This document shows, piece after piece, positions 46,863-48,127 of a DNA stretch of 48,127 nt. Origin of the DNA: Candidatus Bathyarchaeota archaeon (GTDB taxonomy: Archaea; Thermoproteota; Bathyarchaeia; TCS64); assembly GCA_043826455.1 (NCBI GenBank), contig JBDRQD010000059.1, positions 1 to 48,127 on the forward strand, written 5' to 3'. Every line of letters starts with the position of its first letter. The stretch's first letter is position 1. The notes under the pieces are model-generated. The model had not been told where the DNA came from, searched no databases, and worked only from the letters and a program-made list of their open reading frames with translations. The translations under genes and the position numbers were made by a program.

Positions 46863-47412
46863 AGGCTTTCAAGAGACTGTTACGTGAGCACAGGTTTCCA
46901 AGTCATCTCATACACGCCTTCAAGTGTCGCATGGCTCAATGATAATGTGTTGAAGCATCTCACTGAAGGAAAAATATGAACCAAAAGATGGAATATTTTT
47001 TCCGCTTTTTACCCTCTAGGACGGTATAAGCCACCTGGCGGAACGATACGTGCACCGCACCAGCACCGGACACCCAGTGAGGGGGGAGGGGGGGGTAGAG
47101 CAAGTGAACCGGAAACAGCCGCCCCCGGACAAAAGGAGCCACAGAACCGGTCCGACGCGACCCCATTCTACGCAAAAACGCTATTCATACCATACAAAAA
47201 TATGGCACATTCGTCACATCAGAACCGCTCCGAGGAGAGTCTGATGTCTAAAAAACGTAGGGGGCATCACCTAATGACGATTTTTTCTCTAATAATAATA
47301 GGGTGTACCCAGCCTTGACGAGGCTGACGAAGGCCAGGCGCGCCTAGGACAACGGCACCGAGTCAAAGTAGGAGACGAACCAAACCATCCATAATAAAAA
47401 AGAGGGATAATT

Positions 47413-47910
47413 CTACCTCAGGGACTCCATCAGCGCGAAGAGCTCCGAGAGCTTGGCTGACCGCGCCCGCTTCAGGCTCACGTCCAGCTTATCCTTAGAC
47501 ACGTAGCTCAGGGCCTCAGGGTAGCAGTACTTGACGCACTCGGGGTCGCCGCCGCACAGGTCACACTTGAAGGCCACGCTGGTCACCGGGTCTATGCTCA
47601 CCCCGCCAACGGGGCACACCATGTTGCACACCCTGCAGCCGATACACGCCTTCTCGTCCACCAGGAGGGCCCCCGTATCAGGGCTCCGGGAGATGGCGTT
47701 GGTGGGGCACGCCTCCATGCAGAGAGGCGTGGTGCACTGCTGGCACACCATGGGGATGTAGTTGTGATACTCCCCCCGCTTCTCGTACCGGATGACCTTT
47801 ATCCTGGACCTGGCGGGTTGGGCTCGGCCCGTGTTCCTTAGGCTGCACACCGCCTCGCAGGTCCTGCACCCGGTGCACTTTTCCATGTCCACCTGTAGTA
47901 CCTTCTCCAC
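47413..47910 (-). CDS. 4Fe-4S dicluster electron-transfer protein (AOR-associated)
   Basis: CTGCRTCEAVC, CQQC..C..CP, CIGCRVC..CP, CDLC. Confidence 0.92.
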   Translation of the reverse strand: MEKVLQVDMEKCTGCRTCEAVCSLRNTGRAQPARSRIKVIRYEKRGEYHNYIPMVCQQCTTPLCMEACPTNAISRSPDTGALLVDEKACIGCRVCNMVCPVGGVSIDPVTSVAFKCDLCGGDPECVKYCYPEALSYVSKDKLDVSLKRARSAKLSELFALMESLR

Positions 47911-47912
47911 GC

Positions 47913-48127
47913 CTATCCCTCCTTGGCGGCCTTCTCCTGGGCAAGCTTCTTCATCTTCTTCAACTCCTTGGCCACGTCTGCCATCCCCAGCTTATTGAGG
48001 GTGGGCTCTCTCTGGGTGCCGGTCTCCGGGTCCCAGCCTCTGATGGTGTAGTACTCGTCCTTCATCTTCTCAAATCTACCCCTGTCCAGCTTCTTGCCCG
48101 CCTGGGGCCCGTCCAAGATGGGTGCCT
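47913..48127 (-). CDS. aor: Aldehyde:ferredoxin oxidoreductase, C-terminal fragment (runs off window end)
   Basis: FEKMKDEYYTIRGWDPETG..TLNKLG, typical AOR C-terminus. Confidence 0.8.
   Translation of the reverse strand, partial: APILDGPQAGKKLDRGRFEKMKDEYYTIRGWDPETGTQREPTLNKLGMADVAKELKKMKKLAQEKAAKEG

Noticed and set aside
44319..46897. 12-bp direct repeat GAGCACAGGTTT at 44319 and 46886
   Set aside because: A single 12-mer match is plausible by chance; enclosed genes have host-like composition and no mobility gene.
47274..47328. Possible box C/D sRNA (ATGACGA ... CTGA)
   Set aside because: No clear D' box and only 2 nt between the C'-like box and D, leaving no guide.
1..48127. CRISPR array, rRNA, transposase or integrase
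   Set aside because: No regularly spaced repeats, rRNA-like sequence or recombinase motifs seen.

Overview
Archaeal chromosomal segment; gene content (archaeal GatCAB, RLI/ABCE1, F420 reductase, DUF39, AOR, many peptidases) is consistent with Bathyarchaeia, which is an inference. It is mostly GC-rich housekeeping and metabolic genes: partial metG, npdG, add, mtnP, queT-queC, asnS, ggt, gatCAB, a purF-like gene, xylB and a xylose-isomerase-like gene, DUF39-ferredoxin with UPF0280, rli, ogt, tag, fdhD and partial aor. AT-rich accessory DNA is interspersed. Best candidates for new biology: (1) a ~1.9 kb integrase-less islet inserted in tRNA-Asn(GTT) between 49-bp direct repeats, carrying two paralogous winged-HTH genes plus a Swt1-like HEPN RNase, next to an Mrr-type nuclease with a long zinc-finger tail (putative defence hotspot); (2) a riboswitch-like leader upstream of queT-queC whose loop can pair either with a downstream CGGAG or with the Shine-Dalgarno sequence. 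Also notable are a PurF lacking the catalytic Cys, a RelBE cassette between the xylose genes, and several non-canonical starts. All calls come from reading motifs by eye; no searches were run.
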